Assembly: GCA_964016885.1 (NCBI GenBank)
Contig: OZ024742.1
Span: forward strand, 362,390,001 to 362,454,000
Reading direction: 5' to 3'
DNA: 64,000 bases
Origin: Eledone cirrhosa
Taxonomy: Eukaryota
The position numbers and the translations under genes are program-made. The notes beneath the pieces are model-generated. The model was not told the origin of the DNA. It was given only the letters and a program-made list of their open reading frames with translations, and ran no database searches. Shown here piece by piece: positions 42,201 through 60,200 of this stretch (within the stretch, counting starts at the first letter, position 1; every line of letters begins with the position of its first letter).

Positions 42201-45200
42201 GACATCACAACCACTGACATCACAACCACTGACATCACATCCACTGACATCACAACCACTGACATCACAACCACTGACATCACAACTACTGTCATCACAA
42301 CCACTGATATCACAATCACTGACATCACAACCACTGACATCACAACCACTGACATCACAATCACTGACATCATAACCACTGACATCATAACCACTGATAT
42401 CACAATCACTGACATCACAATCACTGACATAACAATCACTGACATCACAACCACTGACATTACAACCACTGACATTACAACCACTGACATCACAATCACT
42501 GACATCATAACCACTGACATCATAACCACTGACATCACAACCACTGACATAACAATCACTGATATCACAACCACTGACGTCACAACCACTGACATCACAA
42601 CCACTGACATCACAATCAATGACATCACAACCACTGACATCATAACCACTGACATCACAACCACTTATATCACAATAACTGACATCACAATCACAGACAT
42701 CGCAACCACTGACATCACAACCACTGACATCACAACCACTGACATCACAACCACTGACATCACAACCACTGACATCACAATCACTGACATCGCAATCACT
42801 GACATCACAATCACTGACATCATAACCACTGACATCACAATCACTGACATCACAACCACTGACATCACAATCACTGACATCATAACCACTGACATCATAA
42901 CCACTGACATCACAACCACTGACATCACAACCACTGATATCACTATCACTGACCTCACAACCAGTGACATCATAATCACTGACATCACAACCACTGACAT
43001 CACAACTACTGATATCACAATCACTGACATTACAACCACTGACATCATAACCACTGACATTAAAACCACTGACATCATAACCACTGACATTAAAACCACT
43101 GACCTCCCAAACACTGATATCACAATCACTGACCTCACAACCACTGACATCATAACCACTGACATCATAACCACTGACATCATAACCACTGACATCACAA
43201 CCACTGACATCTCAACCACTGACATCACAACCACGGATATCACAATCACTGACATCACAAGCACTGACATCACAACCACTGACATCACAACCACTGCCAT
43301 CACAACCACTGATATCACAATCACTGACATCACAACCACTGACATAACACCCACTAATGTCACAACCACTGACATCACACCCACTGACATCACAACCACT
43401 GACACCACAACCACTGACATCACAACCACTGACATCACAACCACTGACATCACTATCACTGACACGACAACCACTGACATCACAACCACTGACATCACAA
43501 CCACTGACATCATAACCACTGACATCACAATCACTTATATCACAATCACTGACATCACAGTCACTGACATCGCAACCACTGACATCACAACCACTGACAT
43601 CACAACCACTGACATCACAACCACTGACATCACAACCACTGACATCACAATCACTGACATCGCAATCACTGACATCACAATCACTGACCTCACAACCAGT
43701 AACATCATAATCACTGACATCACAACCACTGACATCACAACCACTGATATCACAATCACTGACATCACGGCCACTGACCTCCCAAACACTGATATCACAA
43801 TCACTGACCTCACAACCACTGACATCATAACCACTGACATCATAACCACTGACATCATAACCACTCACATCACAACCACTGACATCACAACCACTGACAT
43901 CACAACCACTGATATCACAATCACTGACATCACAATCACTGACCTCACAACCACTGACATCATAATCACTGACATCACAACCACTGACATAACAATCACT
44001 GACATCACAATCACTGACATCACAATCACTCACATCACAACCACTGACATCACAACCACTGACATCATAACCACTGACAACACAATCACTGACATCATAA
44101 CCACTGACATCATAACCACTGACATCACAACCACTGACATCACAACCACTGACATCACATCCACTGACATCACAACCACTGACATCACAACCACTGACAT
44201 CACAACTACTGACATCACAACCACTGATATCACAATCACTGACATCACAACCACTGACATCACAACCACTGACATCACAATCACTGACATCATAACCACT
44301 GACATCATAACCACTGATATCACAATCACTGACATCACAATCACTGACATAACAATCACTGACATCACAACCACTGACATTACAACCACTGACATTACAA
44401 CCACTGACATCACAATCACTGACATCATAACCACTGACATCATAACCACTGACATCACAACCACTGACATAACAATCACTGATATCACAACCACTGACGT
44501 CACAACCACTGACATCACAACCACTGACATCACAATCAATGACATCACAACCACTGACATCATAACCACTGACATCACAACCACTTATATCACAATAACT
44601 GACATCACAATCACAGACATCGCAACCACTGACATCACAACCACTGACATCACAACCACTGACATCACAACCACTGACATCACAACCACTGACATCACAA
44701 TCACTGACATCGCAATCACTGACATCACAATCACTGACATCATAACCACTGACATCACAATCACTGACATCACAACCACTGACATCACAATCACTGACAT
44801 CATAACCACTGACATCATAACCACTGACATCACAACCACTGACATCACAACCACTGATATCACTATCACTGACCTCACAACCAGTGACATCATAATCACT
44901 GACATCACAACCACTGACATCACAACTACTGATATCACAATCACTGACATTACAACCACTGACATCATAACCACTGACATTAAAACCACTGACATCATAA
45001 CCACTGACATTAAAACCACTGACCTCCCAAACGCTGATATCACAATCACTGACCTCACAACCACTGACATCATAACCACTGACATCATAACCACTGACAT
45101 CATAACCACTGACATCACAACCACTGACATCTCAACCACTGACATCACAACCACGGATATCACAATCACTGACATCACAAGCACTGACATCACAACCACT

Positions 45201-48200
45201 GACATCACAACCACTGCCATCACAACCACTGATATCACATTCACTGACATCACAACCACTGACATCACAACCACTGACATCACAACCACTGAGATCATAA
45301 CCACTGACATCACAACCACTGACATAACAATCATTGACATCACAATCACTGACATCACAATCACTCACATCACAACCACTGACACCACAATCATTGACAT
45401 CATAACCACTGACATCATCACCACTGACATCATAACCACTGACATCACAACCACCGACATCATAACCACTGACATCACACTCACTGCCATCACGACAACT
45501 GACCTCACAAACACTGATATCACAATCACTGACATCACAACCACTGACATCATAACCACTAACATCATAACCACTGACATCACAACCACTGACATCACAA
45601 CCACTGACATCACAACCACTGACATCACAACCACTGATATCACAATCACTGACATCACAACCACTGACATCACAACCACTGACATCACAATCACTGACAT
45701 CATAACCACTGACATCGTAACCACTGATATCACAATCACTGACATCACAATCACTGACATAACAATCACTGACATCACAACCACTGATATCACAACCACT
45801 GATATTACAACCACTGACATCACAATCACTGACATCATAACCACTGACAACATAACCACTGATATCCCAACCACTGACATCACAACCACTGACATAACAA
45901 TCACTGACATCACAACCACTGACATCACAACCACTGACATCACAACCACTGACATAACAATCATTGACATCACAACCATTGACATCATAACCACTGACAT
46001 CACAACCACCGACATCATAACCACTGACATAACAATCATTGACATCACGACCACTGACATCACAACCACTGACATAACACCCACTAATGTCACAACCACT
46101 GACATCACACCCACTGACATCACAACCACTGACACCACAACCACTGACATCACAACCACTGACATCACAACCACTGACATCACTATCACTGACACGACAA
46201 CCACTGACATCACAACCACTGACATCACAACCACTGACATTATAACCACTGACATCACAATCACTTATATCACAATCACTGACATCACAGTCACTGACAT
46301 CGCAACCACTGACATCACAACCACTGACATCACAACCACTGACATCACAACCACTGACATCACAACCACTGACATCACAATCACTGACATCGCAATCACT
46401 GACATCACAATCACTGACCTCACAACCAGTAACATCATAATCACTGACATCACAACCACTGACATCACAACCACTGATATCACAATCACTGACATCACGG
46501 CCACTGACCTCCCAAACACTGATATCACAATCACTGACCTCACAACCACTGACATCATAACCACTGACATCATAACCACTGACATCATAACCACTCACAT
46601 CACAACCACTGACATCACAACCACTGACATCACAACCACTGATATCACAATCACTGACATCACAATCACTGACCTCACAACCACTGACATCATAATCACT
46701 GACATCACAACCACTGACATAACAATCACTGACATCACAATCACTGACATCACAATCACTCACATCACAACCACTGACATCACAACCACTGACATCATAA
46801 CCACTGACAACACAATCACTGACATCATAACCACTGACATCATAACCACTGACATCACAACCACTGACATCACAACCACTGACATCACATCCACTGACAT
46901 CACAACCACTGACATCACAACCACTGACATCACAACTACTGACATCACAACCACTGATATCACAATCACTGACATCACAACCACTGACATCACAACCACT
47001 GACATCACAATCACTGACATCATAACCACTGACATCATAACCACTGATATCACAATCACTGACATCACAATCACTGACATAACAATCACTGACATCACAA
47101 CCACTGACATTACAACCACTGACATTACAACCACTGACATCACAATCACTGACATCATAACCACTGACATCATAACCACTGACATCACAACCACTGACAT
47201 AACAATCACTGATATCACAACCACTGACGTCACAACCACTGACATCACAACCACTGACATCACAATCAATGACATCACAACCACTGACATCATAACCACT
47301 GACATCACAACCACCGACATCATAACCACTGACATAATAATCATTGACATCACGACCACTGACATCACAACCACTGACATAACACCCACTAATGTCACAA
47401 CCACTGACATCACAACCACTGACATCACAACCACTGACACCACAACCACTGACATCACAACCACTGACATCACAACCACTGACATCACAATCACTGACAT
47501 CGCAATCACTGACATCACAATCACTGACATCATAACCACTGACATCACAATCACTGACATCACAATCACTGACATCACAACCACTGACATCACAACCACT
47601 GACATCATAACCACTGACATCACAACCACTTATATCACAATCACTGACATCACAGTCACTGACATCGCAACCACTGACATCACAACAACTGACATCACAA
47701 CCACTGACATCACAACCACTGACATCACAACCACTGACATCACAATCACTGACATCCCAATCACTGACATCACAATCACTGACATCATAATCACTGACAT
47801 CACAATCACTGACATCACAATCACTGACATCACAACCACTGACATCACAATCACTGACATCAAAACCACTGACATCACAATCACTGACATCATAACCACT
47901 GACATCATAACTACTGACATCACAACCACTGACATCACAACCACTGATATCACAAGCACTGACCTCACAACCAGTGACATCATAATCACTGACATCACAA
48001 CCACTGACATCACAACTACTGATATCACAATCACTGACATCACAACCACTGACATCATAACCACTGACATTAAAACCACTGACATCATAACCACTGACAT
48101 CACAATCACTGACATCACGGCCACTGACCTCCCAAACACTGATATCACTATCACTGACCTCACAACCACTGACATCATAACCACTGACATCATAACCACT

Positions 48201-51200
48201 GACATCATAACCACTGACAGCACAACAACTGACATCACAACCACTTACATCACAACCACTGACATCACAACCACTGCCATCACAACCACTGACATCATAA
48301 CCACTGACATCATAACCACTGACACCACAACCACTGACATCACAATCACTGACATCACAACCACTGACATCACAACCACTGACATCATAACCACTGATAT
48401 CACAATCACTGACATCACAACCACTGACATCACAACCACTGAGATCATAACCACTGACATCACAACCACTGACATAAAAATCACTAACTCCACAATCACT
48501 GACATCATAACCACTGATATCATAACCACTGACATCATAACCACTGACATTACAACCACTGACATCATAACCACTGACATCATAAACACTGACATCACAA
48601 CCACCGACATCATAACCACTGACATAACAATCATTGACATCAGGACCACTGACATCACAACCACTGACATCACAACCACTGACATCACAACCACTGACAT
48701 CACAACCACTGACATCATAACCACTGACATCATAACCACTGACATCACAACCACCGACATCATAACCACTGACATAACAATCATTGACATCAGGACCACT
48801 GACATCACAACCACTGACATCACGACCACTGACATCATAACCACTGACACCACAATCACTGACATCATAACCACTGACATCATAACCACTGACATCAAAA
48901 CCACTGACATAACAACCACTGACATCACAACCACTGACATCACAACCACTGACATCACAACACTGATATCACAACCACTGACATCACAACCACTGACATC
49001 ACAACCACTGACATCACAACCACTGCCATCACAACCACTGACATCATAACCACTGACATCATAACCACTGACATCACAACCACTGACATCACAATCACTG
49101 ACACCACAACCACTGACACCACAACCAATGACATCACAACCACTGACATCACAACCACTGACATCACAACCACTGCCATCACAACCACTGACATCATAAC
49201 CACTGACATCATAACCACTGACATCACAACCACTGACATCACAATCACTGACACCACAACCACTGACACCACAACCAATGACATAACAATCACTGACATC
49301 ACAACCACTGACATCACAACCACTGACATCACAACCACTGACATCACAACCACTGACATCACAACCACTGACATCATAACCACTGACATCACAATCACTG
49401 ACATAACAATCACTGACATCACAATCACTGACATCACAACCACTGACATCACAACCACTGACATCATAACCACTGACGACACAACCACTGACATCATAAC
49501 CACTGACATCTCAATCACTGACATTATAACCACTGAAATATTAACCACTGACATCACAATCACTGACATCACAACCACTGACATCACAACCACTGACATC
49601 ACAACCACTGACATCACAATCACTGCCATTATAACCACTGACATCATAACCACTGACATCACAATCACTGACATTATAACCACTGACATAATAACCACTG
49701 ACATCACAATCACTGACATCACAACAACTGACACCACAACCACTGACATCACAACCACTGACATCACAACCACTGACATCACAACCACTGACATCACAAT
49801 CACTGAAATCCCAACCACTGATATCACAACCACAGACATCACAACCTCTGACATCACAAACACTGACATCACAACCACTGACATCACAACCACTGACATC
49901 ACAACCACTGACATCAAATCCACTGACATCACATCCACTGACATCACAATCACTGACATCACAACCACTGACATAACAATCACTGACATCACAACCACTG
50001 ACATTACAACCACTGACATCACAACCACTGACATCACAACCACTGACATCACAACCACTGACATAACAATCATTGACATCACAACCACTGACATCATAAC
50101 CACTGACATCACAACCACCGACATCATAACCACTGACGTAACAATCAATGATATCACAACCACTGACATCACAACCACTGACATCACACCCACTAATGTC
50201 ACAACCACTGACATCACAACCACTGACATCACAATCACTGACACGACAACCACTGACATCACAATCACTGACATCACAACCACTGACATCATAACCACTG
50301 ACATCACAACCACTGACATCATAACCACTGACATCACAACCACAGACATCACAACCACTGAGATCCCAACCACTGATATCACAATCAATGACATAACAAC
50401 CCCTGACATCATAACCACTGACATCATAACCACTGACATCATAACCACTGACATCACAACCACTGACATAACAATCACTGACATCACAATCACTGACATC
50501 ACAATCACTCACATCACAACCACTGACATCACAACCACTGACATCATAACCACTGACACCACAATCACTGACATCATAACCACTGACATCATAACCACTG
50601 ACATCACAATCACTGACATCACGACCACTGACCTCACAAACACTGATATCACAATCACTGACATCACAACCACTGACATCATAACCACTGACATCACAAC
50701 CACTGACATCACAACCACTGATATCACAACCACTGACATCACAACCACTGATATCACAATCACTGACATCACAACCACTGACATCACAATCACTGATATC
50801 ACAACCACTGACATCACAACCACTGACATCACAACCACTGACATCACAACCACTGACATCACAACCACTGACATCACAACCACTGACATTACAACCACTG
50901 ACATCACAATCACTGACATCACAATCACTGACATCATAACCATTGACATCACAATCACTGACATCACAACCACTGACATCACAACCACTGACATCACAAT
51001 CACTGACATCACAACCACTGACATCACAACCACTGACATAACAATCATTGACATCACAACCATTGACATCATAACCACTGACATCACAACCACCGACATC
51101 ATAACCACTGACATAACAATCATTGACATCACGACCACTGACATCACAACCACTGACATAACACCCACTAATGTCACAACCACTGACATCACAACCACTG

Positions 51201-54200
51201 ACATCACAACCACTGACACCACAACCACTGACATCACAACCACTGACATCACAACCACTGACATCACAATCACTGACACGACAACCACTGACATCACAAC
51301 CACTGACATCACAACCACTGACATCATAACCACTGACATCACAACCACTTATATCACAATCACTGACATCACAGTCACTGACATCGCAACCACTGACATC
51401 ACAACCACTGACATCACAACCACTGACATCACAACCACTGACATCACAACCACTGACATCACAATCACTGACATCGCAATCACTGACATCACAATCACTG
51501 ACCTCACAACCAGTAACATCATAATCACTGACATCACAACCACTGACATCACAACTACTAATATCACAATCAGTGACATCACAACCACTGACATCTTAAC
51601 CACTGACATCATAACCACTGACATCATAACCACTCACATCACAACCACTGACATCACAACCACTGACATCACAACCACTGATATCACAATCACTGACATC
51701 ACAATCACTGACCTCACAACCACTGACATCATAATCACTGACATCACAACCACTGACATAACAATCACTGACATCACAATCACTGACATCACAATCACTC
51801 ACATCACAACCACTGACATCACAACCACTGACATCATAACCACTGAAAACACAATCACTGACATCATAACCACTGACATCACAATCACTGACATCACGAC
51901 CACTGACCTCACAAACACTGATATCACAATGACTGACATCACAACCACTGACATCATAACCACTGACATCATAACCACTGACATCACAACCACTGACATC
52001 ACAACCACTGACATCACAACCACTGACATCACATCCACTGACATCACAACCACTGACATCACAACCACTGACATCACAACTACTGACATCACAACCACTG
52101 ATATCACAATCACTGACATCACAACCACTGACATCACAACCACTGACATCACAATCACTGACATCATAACCACTGACATCATAACCACTGATATCACAAT
52201 CACTGACATCACAATCACTGACATAACAATCACTGACATCACAACCACTGACATTACAACCACTGACATTACAACCACCGACATCACAATCACTAACATC
52301 ATAACCACTGACATCACAATCACTGACATAACAATCACTGATATCACAACCACTGACATCACAACCACTGACATCACAACCACTGACATAACAATCATTG
52401 ACATCACAACCATTGACATCATAACCACTGACATCACAACCACCGACATCATAACCACTGACATAACAATCATTGACATCACGACCACTGACATCACAAC
52501 CACTGACATAACACCCACTAATGTCACAACCACTGACATCACAACCACAGACATCACAACCACTGACACCACAACCACTGACATCACAACCACTGACATC
52601 ACAACCACTGACATAACAATCACTGACACGACAACCACTGACATCACAACCACTGACATCACAACCACTGACATCATAACCACTGACATCACAACCACTT
52701 ATATCACAATCACTGACATCACAGTCACTGACATCGCAACCACTGACATCACAACCACTGACATCACAACCACTGACATCACAACCACTGACATCACAAC
52801 CACTGACATCACAATCACTGACATCGCAATCACTGACATCACAATCACTGACCTCACAACCAGTAACATCATAATCACTGACATCACAACCACTGACATC
52901 ACAACTACTGATATCACAATCACTGACATCACAACCACTGACATCATAACCACTGACATTAAAACCACTGACATCACAATCACTGACATCACGGCCACTG
53001 ACCTCCCAAACACTGATATCACAATCACTGACCTCACAACCACTGACAGCATAACCACTGACATCATAACCACTGACATCATGACCACTCACATCACAAC
53101 CACTGACATCACAATCACTGACATCACGGCCACTGACCTCCCAATCACTGACATCACAATCACTGACATCACAATCACTCACATCACAACCACTGACATC
53201 ACAACCACTGACATCATAACCACTGAAAACACAATCACTGACATCATAAGCACTGACATCACGATCACTGACATCACGACCACTGACCTCACAAACACTG
53301 ATATCACAATGACTGACATCACAACCACTGACATCACAACCACTGACATCACAACCACTGACATCACAACCACTGACATCACAACCACTGACATCACAAC
53401 CACTGACATCACATCCACTGACATCACAACCACTGACATCACAACCTCTGACATCACAACTACTGACATCACAACCACTGATATCACAATCACTGACATC
53501 ACAACCACTGACATCACAACCACTGACATCACAATCACTGACATCATAACCACTGACATCATAACCACTGATATCACAATCACTGACATCACAATCACTG
53601 ACATAACAATCACTGACATCACAACCACTGACATTACAACCACTGACATTACAACCACTGACATCACAATCACTGACATCATAACCACTGACATCACAAC
53701 CACTGACATAACAATCACTGATTTCACAACCACTGACATCACAACCACTGACATCACAACCACTGACATCACAATCAATGACATCACAACCATTGACATC
53801 ATAACCACTGACATCACAACCACCGACATCATAACCACTGACATAATAATCATTGACATCACGACCACTGACATCACAACCACTGACATAACACCCACTA
53901 ATGTCACAACCACTGACATCACAACCACTGACATCACAACCACTGACACCACAACCACTGACATCACAACCACTGACATCACAACCACTGACATCACAAT
54001 CACTGACACGACAACCACTGACATCACAACCACTGACATCACAACCACTGACATCATAACCACTGACATCACAACCACTTATATCACAATCACTGACATC
54101 ACAGTCACTGACATCGCAATCACTGACATCACAATCACTGACATCATAACCACTGACATCACAATCACTGACATCACAATCACTGACATCACAACCACTG

Positions 54201-57200
54201 ACATCACAATCACTGACATCAAAACCACTGACATCACAATCACTGACATCATAACCACTGACATCACAACCACTGACATTACAACCACTGATATCACAAG
54301 CACTGATCTCACAACCAGTGACATCATAATCACTGACATCACAACCACTGACATCACAACTACTGATATCACAATCACTGACATCACAACCACTGACATC
54401 ATAACCACTGACATTAAAACCACTGACATCATAACCACTGACATCACAATCACTGACATCACGGCCACTGACCTCACAACCACTGACATCACAACCACTG
54501 ACATCATAACCACTGACATCACAACCACTGACATCACAAACACTGATATCACTATCACTGACCTCACAACCACTGACATCATAACCACTGACATCATAAC
54601 CACTGACATCAAAACCACTGACAGCACAACCACTGACATCACAACCACTTACATCACAACCACTGATATCACAATCACTGACATCACAACCACTGACATC
54701 ACAACCACTGACATCACAACCACTGCCATCACAACCACTGACATCATAACCACTGACATCATAACCACTGACATCATAACCACTGACACCACAACCACTG
54801 ACACCACAACCACTGACATCACAATCACTGACATCACAACCACTGACATCACAACCACTGACATCACAACCACTGATATCACAATCACTGACATCACAAC
54901 CACTGACATCACAACCACTGAGATCATAACCAATGACATCACAACCACTGACATAAAAATTACTGACATCACAATCACTGACATCACAATCACTCACATC
55001 ACAACCACTGACTCCACAATCACTGACATCATAACCACTGATATCATAACCACTGACATCATAACCACTGACATTACAACCACTGACGTCATAACCACTG
55101 ACATCATAACCACTGCCATCACAACCACGGACATCATAACCACTGACATAACAATCATTGACATCACGACCACTGACATCACAACCACTGACATTATAAC
55201 CACTGACATCATAACCACTGACATCACAACCACTGACATCATAACCACTGACATCATAACCACTGACATCACAACCACCGACATCATAACCACTGACATA
55301 ACAATCATTGACATCACGACCACTGACATCACAACCACTGACATTATAACCACTGACATCATAACCACTGACATCACAACCACTGACATCATAACCACTG
55401 ACATCATAACCACTGACATCACAACCACTGACATCACAACCACTGACATCACAACCACTGACATCATAACCACTGACATCATAACCACTGACATCACAAC
55501 CACAGACATCACAACCACTGACATCATAACCACTGACACCACACTCACTGACATCATAACCACTGACATCATAACCACTGACATCACACTCACTGCCATC
55601 ACGACCACTGACCTCACAAACACTGATATCACAATCATTGACATCACAACCACTGACATCATAACCACTGACATCATAACCACTGACATCAAAACCACTG
55701 ACATCACAACCACTGACATCACAAACACTGACATCACAACCACTGACATCACAACACTGATATCACAACCACTGACATCACAACCACTGACATCACAACT
55801 ACTGACATCACAACCACTGCCATCACAACCACTGACATCATAACCACTGACATCATAACCACTGACATCACAACCACTGACATCACAATCACTGACACCA
55901 CAACCACTGACACCACAACCAATGACATAACAATCACTGACATCACAACCACTGACATCACAACCACTGACATCACAACCACTGACATCACAACCACTGA
56001 CATCACAACCACTGACATCATAACGACTGACATCACAATCACTGACATAACAATCACTGACATCACAATCACTGACATCACAACCACTGACATCACAACC
56101 ACTGACATCATAACCACTGACGACACAACCACTGACATCATAACCACTGACATCTCAATCACTGACATTATAAACACTGAAATATTAACCACTGACATCA
56201 CAATCACTGACATCACAACAACTGACACCACAACCACTGACATCACAACCACTGACATCACAACCACTGACATCACAACCACTGACATCACAACCTCTGA
56301 CATCATAACCACTGACATCACAAACACTGACATCACAACCACTGACATCAAAACCACTGACATCACAACCACTCACATCATAACCACTGACATCATAACC
56401 ACTGACATCACAACCACTGACATCACAATCACTGACACCACAACCGCTGACATCTCAACCACTGACATCACGACCACTGACATCACAATCACAGACATCA
56501 CAATCACTGACATCATAACCACTTATATCACAATCAATGACATCACAACCACTGACATCACAACCACTGACATCACATCCACTGACATCACATCCACTGA
56601 CATCACAACCACTGACATCACAACCACTGACATAACAATCACTGACATCACAACCACTGACATTACAACCACTGACATCACAACCACTGACATCACAACC
56701 ACTGACATCACAACCACTGACATAACAATCATTGACATCACAACCACTGACATCATAACCACTGACATCACAACCACCGACATCATAACCACTGACGTAA
56801 CAATCAATGACATCACAACCACTGACATCACAACCACTGACATCACACCCACTAATGTCACAACCACTGACATCACAACCACTGACATTACAATCACTGA
56901 CACGACAACCACTGACATCACAATCACTGGCATCACAACCACTGACATCATAACCACTGACATCACAACCACTTATATCACAATCACTGACATCACAATC
57001 ACTGACATCACAACCACTGACATCACAACCACTGACATCACAACCACTGACATCACAATCACTGACATCACAATCACTGACATCACAATCACTGACATCA
57101 CAACCACTGACATCACAACTACTGATATCACAATCACTGACATCACAACCACTGACATCATAACCACTGACATTATAACCACTGACATCATAACCACTGA

Positions 57201-60200
57201 CATCACAATCACTGACATCACGACCACTGACCTCCCAAACACTGATATCACAATCACTGACCTCACAACCACTGACATCATAACCACTGACATCATAACC
57301 ACTGACATCATAACCACTGACATCACAACCACAGACATCACAACCACTGACATCCCAACCACTGATATCACAATCAATGACATCACAACCACTGACATCA
57401 TAACCACTGACATCATAACCACTGACATCATAACCACTGACATCACAACCACTGACATAACAATCACTGACATCACAATCACTGACATCACAATCACTCA
57501 CATCACAACCACTGACATCACAACCACTGACATCACAACCACTGACATCACAACCACTGACATTACAACCACTGACATCACAATCACTGACATCACAACC
57601 ACTGACATCACAATCACTGATATCACAACCACTGACATCACAACCACTGACATCACAACCACTGACATCACAACCACTGACATCACAACCACTGACATCA
57701 CAACCACTGACATTACAACCACTGACATCACAATCACTGACATCACAATCACTGACATCATAACCATTGACATCACAATCACTGACATCACAATCACTGA
57801 CATCACAACCACTGACATCACAATCACTGACATCACAACCACTGACATCACAACCACTGACATCACAACCTCTGACATCACAATCACTGACATCATAACC
57901 ACTGACATCATAACCACTGACATCACAACCACTGACATCATAACCACTGACATCACAACCACTGACATCATAACCACTGACATCATAACCACTGACATCA
58001 CAATCACTGACATCACAACCATTGACATCACAATCACTGACATCACAATCACTGACATCACAACCACTGACATCACAATCACTGACATCATAGCCACTGA
58101 CATCACAATCACTGACATTATAACCACTGACATAATAACCACTGACATCACAATCACTGACATCACAACAACTGACACCACAACCACTGACATCACAACC
58201 ACTGACATCACAACCACTGACATCACAACCACTGACATCACAATCACTAACATCCCAACCACTGATATCACAACCACAGACATCACAACCTCTGACATCA
58301 TAACCACTGACATCACAAACACTGACATCACAACCACTGACATCACAACCACTCACATCATAACCACTGACATCATAACCACTGACATCACAACCACTGA
58401 CATCACAATCACTGACACCACAACCGCTGACATCTCAACCACTGACATCACAACCACTGACATCACAACCACTGACATCACAACCACTGACATCATAACC
58501 ACTGACATAACAATCAGTGACGTCACAACCACTGAGTTCACAATCACTGACACCACAACCACTGACATCACGACCACTGACATCACAATCACAGACATCA
58601 CAATCACTGACATCATAACCACTGACATCATAACCACTTATATCAGAATCAATGACATCACAACCACTGACATCACAACCACTGACATCACATCCACTGA
58701 CATCACATCCACTGACATGACAACCACTGACATCACAACCACTGACATAACAATCACTGACATCACAACCACTGACATTACAACCACTGACATCACAACC
58801 ACTGACATCACAACCACTGACATCACAACCACTGACATAACAATCATTGACATCACAACCACTGACATCATAACCACTGACATCACAACCACTGACGTAA
58901 CAATCAATGACATCACAACCACTGACATCACAACCACTGACATCACACCCACTAATGTCACAACCACTGACATCACAATCACTGACACGACAACCACTGA
59001 CATCACAATCACTGACATCACAACCACTGACATCATAACCACTGACATCACAACCACTTATATCACAATCACTGACATCACAATCACTGACATCACAACC
59101 ACTGACATCACAACCACTGACATCACAACTACTGATATCACAATCACTGACGTCACAACCACTGACATCATAACCACTGACATTATAACCACTGACATCA
59201 TAACCACTGACATCACAATCACTGATATCACGACCACTGACCTCCCAAACACTGATATCACAATCACTGACCTCACAACCACTGACATCATAACCACTGA
59301 CATCATAACCACTGACATCATAACCACTGACATCACAACCACAGACATCACAACCACTGACATCCCAACCACTGATATCACAATCAATGACATCACAACC
59401 ACTGACATCATAACCACTGACATCATAACCACTGACATCATAACCACTGACATCACAACCACTGACATAACAATCACTGACATCACAATCACTGACATCA
59501 CAATCACTCGCACCACAACCACTGACATCACAACCACTGACATCATAACCACTGACACCACAATCACTGACATCATAACCACTGACATCATAAACACTGA
59601 CATCACAACCACTGACATCACAACTACTGATATCACAATCACTGACGTCACAACCACTGACATCATAACCACTGACATCATAACCACTGACATCATAACC
59701 ACTGACATCACAATCACTGACATCACGACCACTGACCTCACAAACACTGATATCACAATCACTGACATCACAACCACTGACATCATAACCACTGACATCA
59801 CAACCACTGACATCACAACCACTGACATCACAACCACTGACATCACAACCACTGATATCACAATCACTGACATCACAACCACTGACATCACAATCACTGA
59901 TATCACAACCACTGACATCACAACCACTGACATCACAACCACTGACATCACAACCACTGACATCACAACCACTGACATCACAACCACTGACATTACAATC
60001 ACTGACATCACAATCACTGACATCATAACCATTGACATCACAATCACTGACATCACAATCACTGACATCACAACCACTGACATCACAATCACTGACATCA
60101 TAACCACTGACATCATAACCACTGACATCACAACCACTGACATCATAACCACTGACATCATAACCACTGACATCACAATCACTGACATCACAACCATTGA

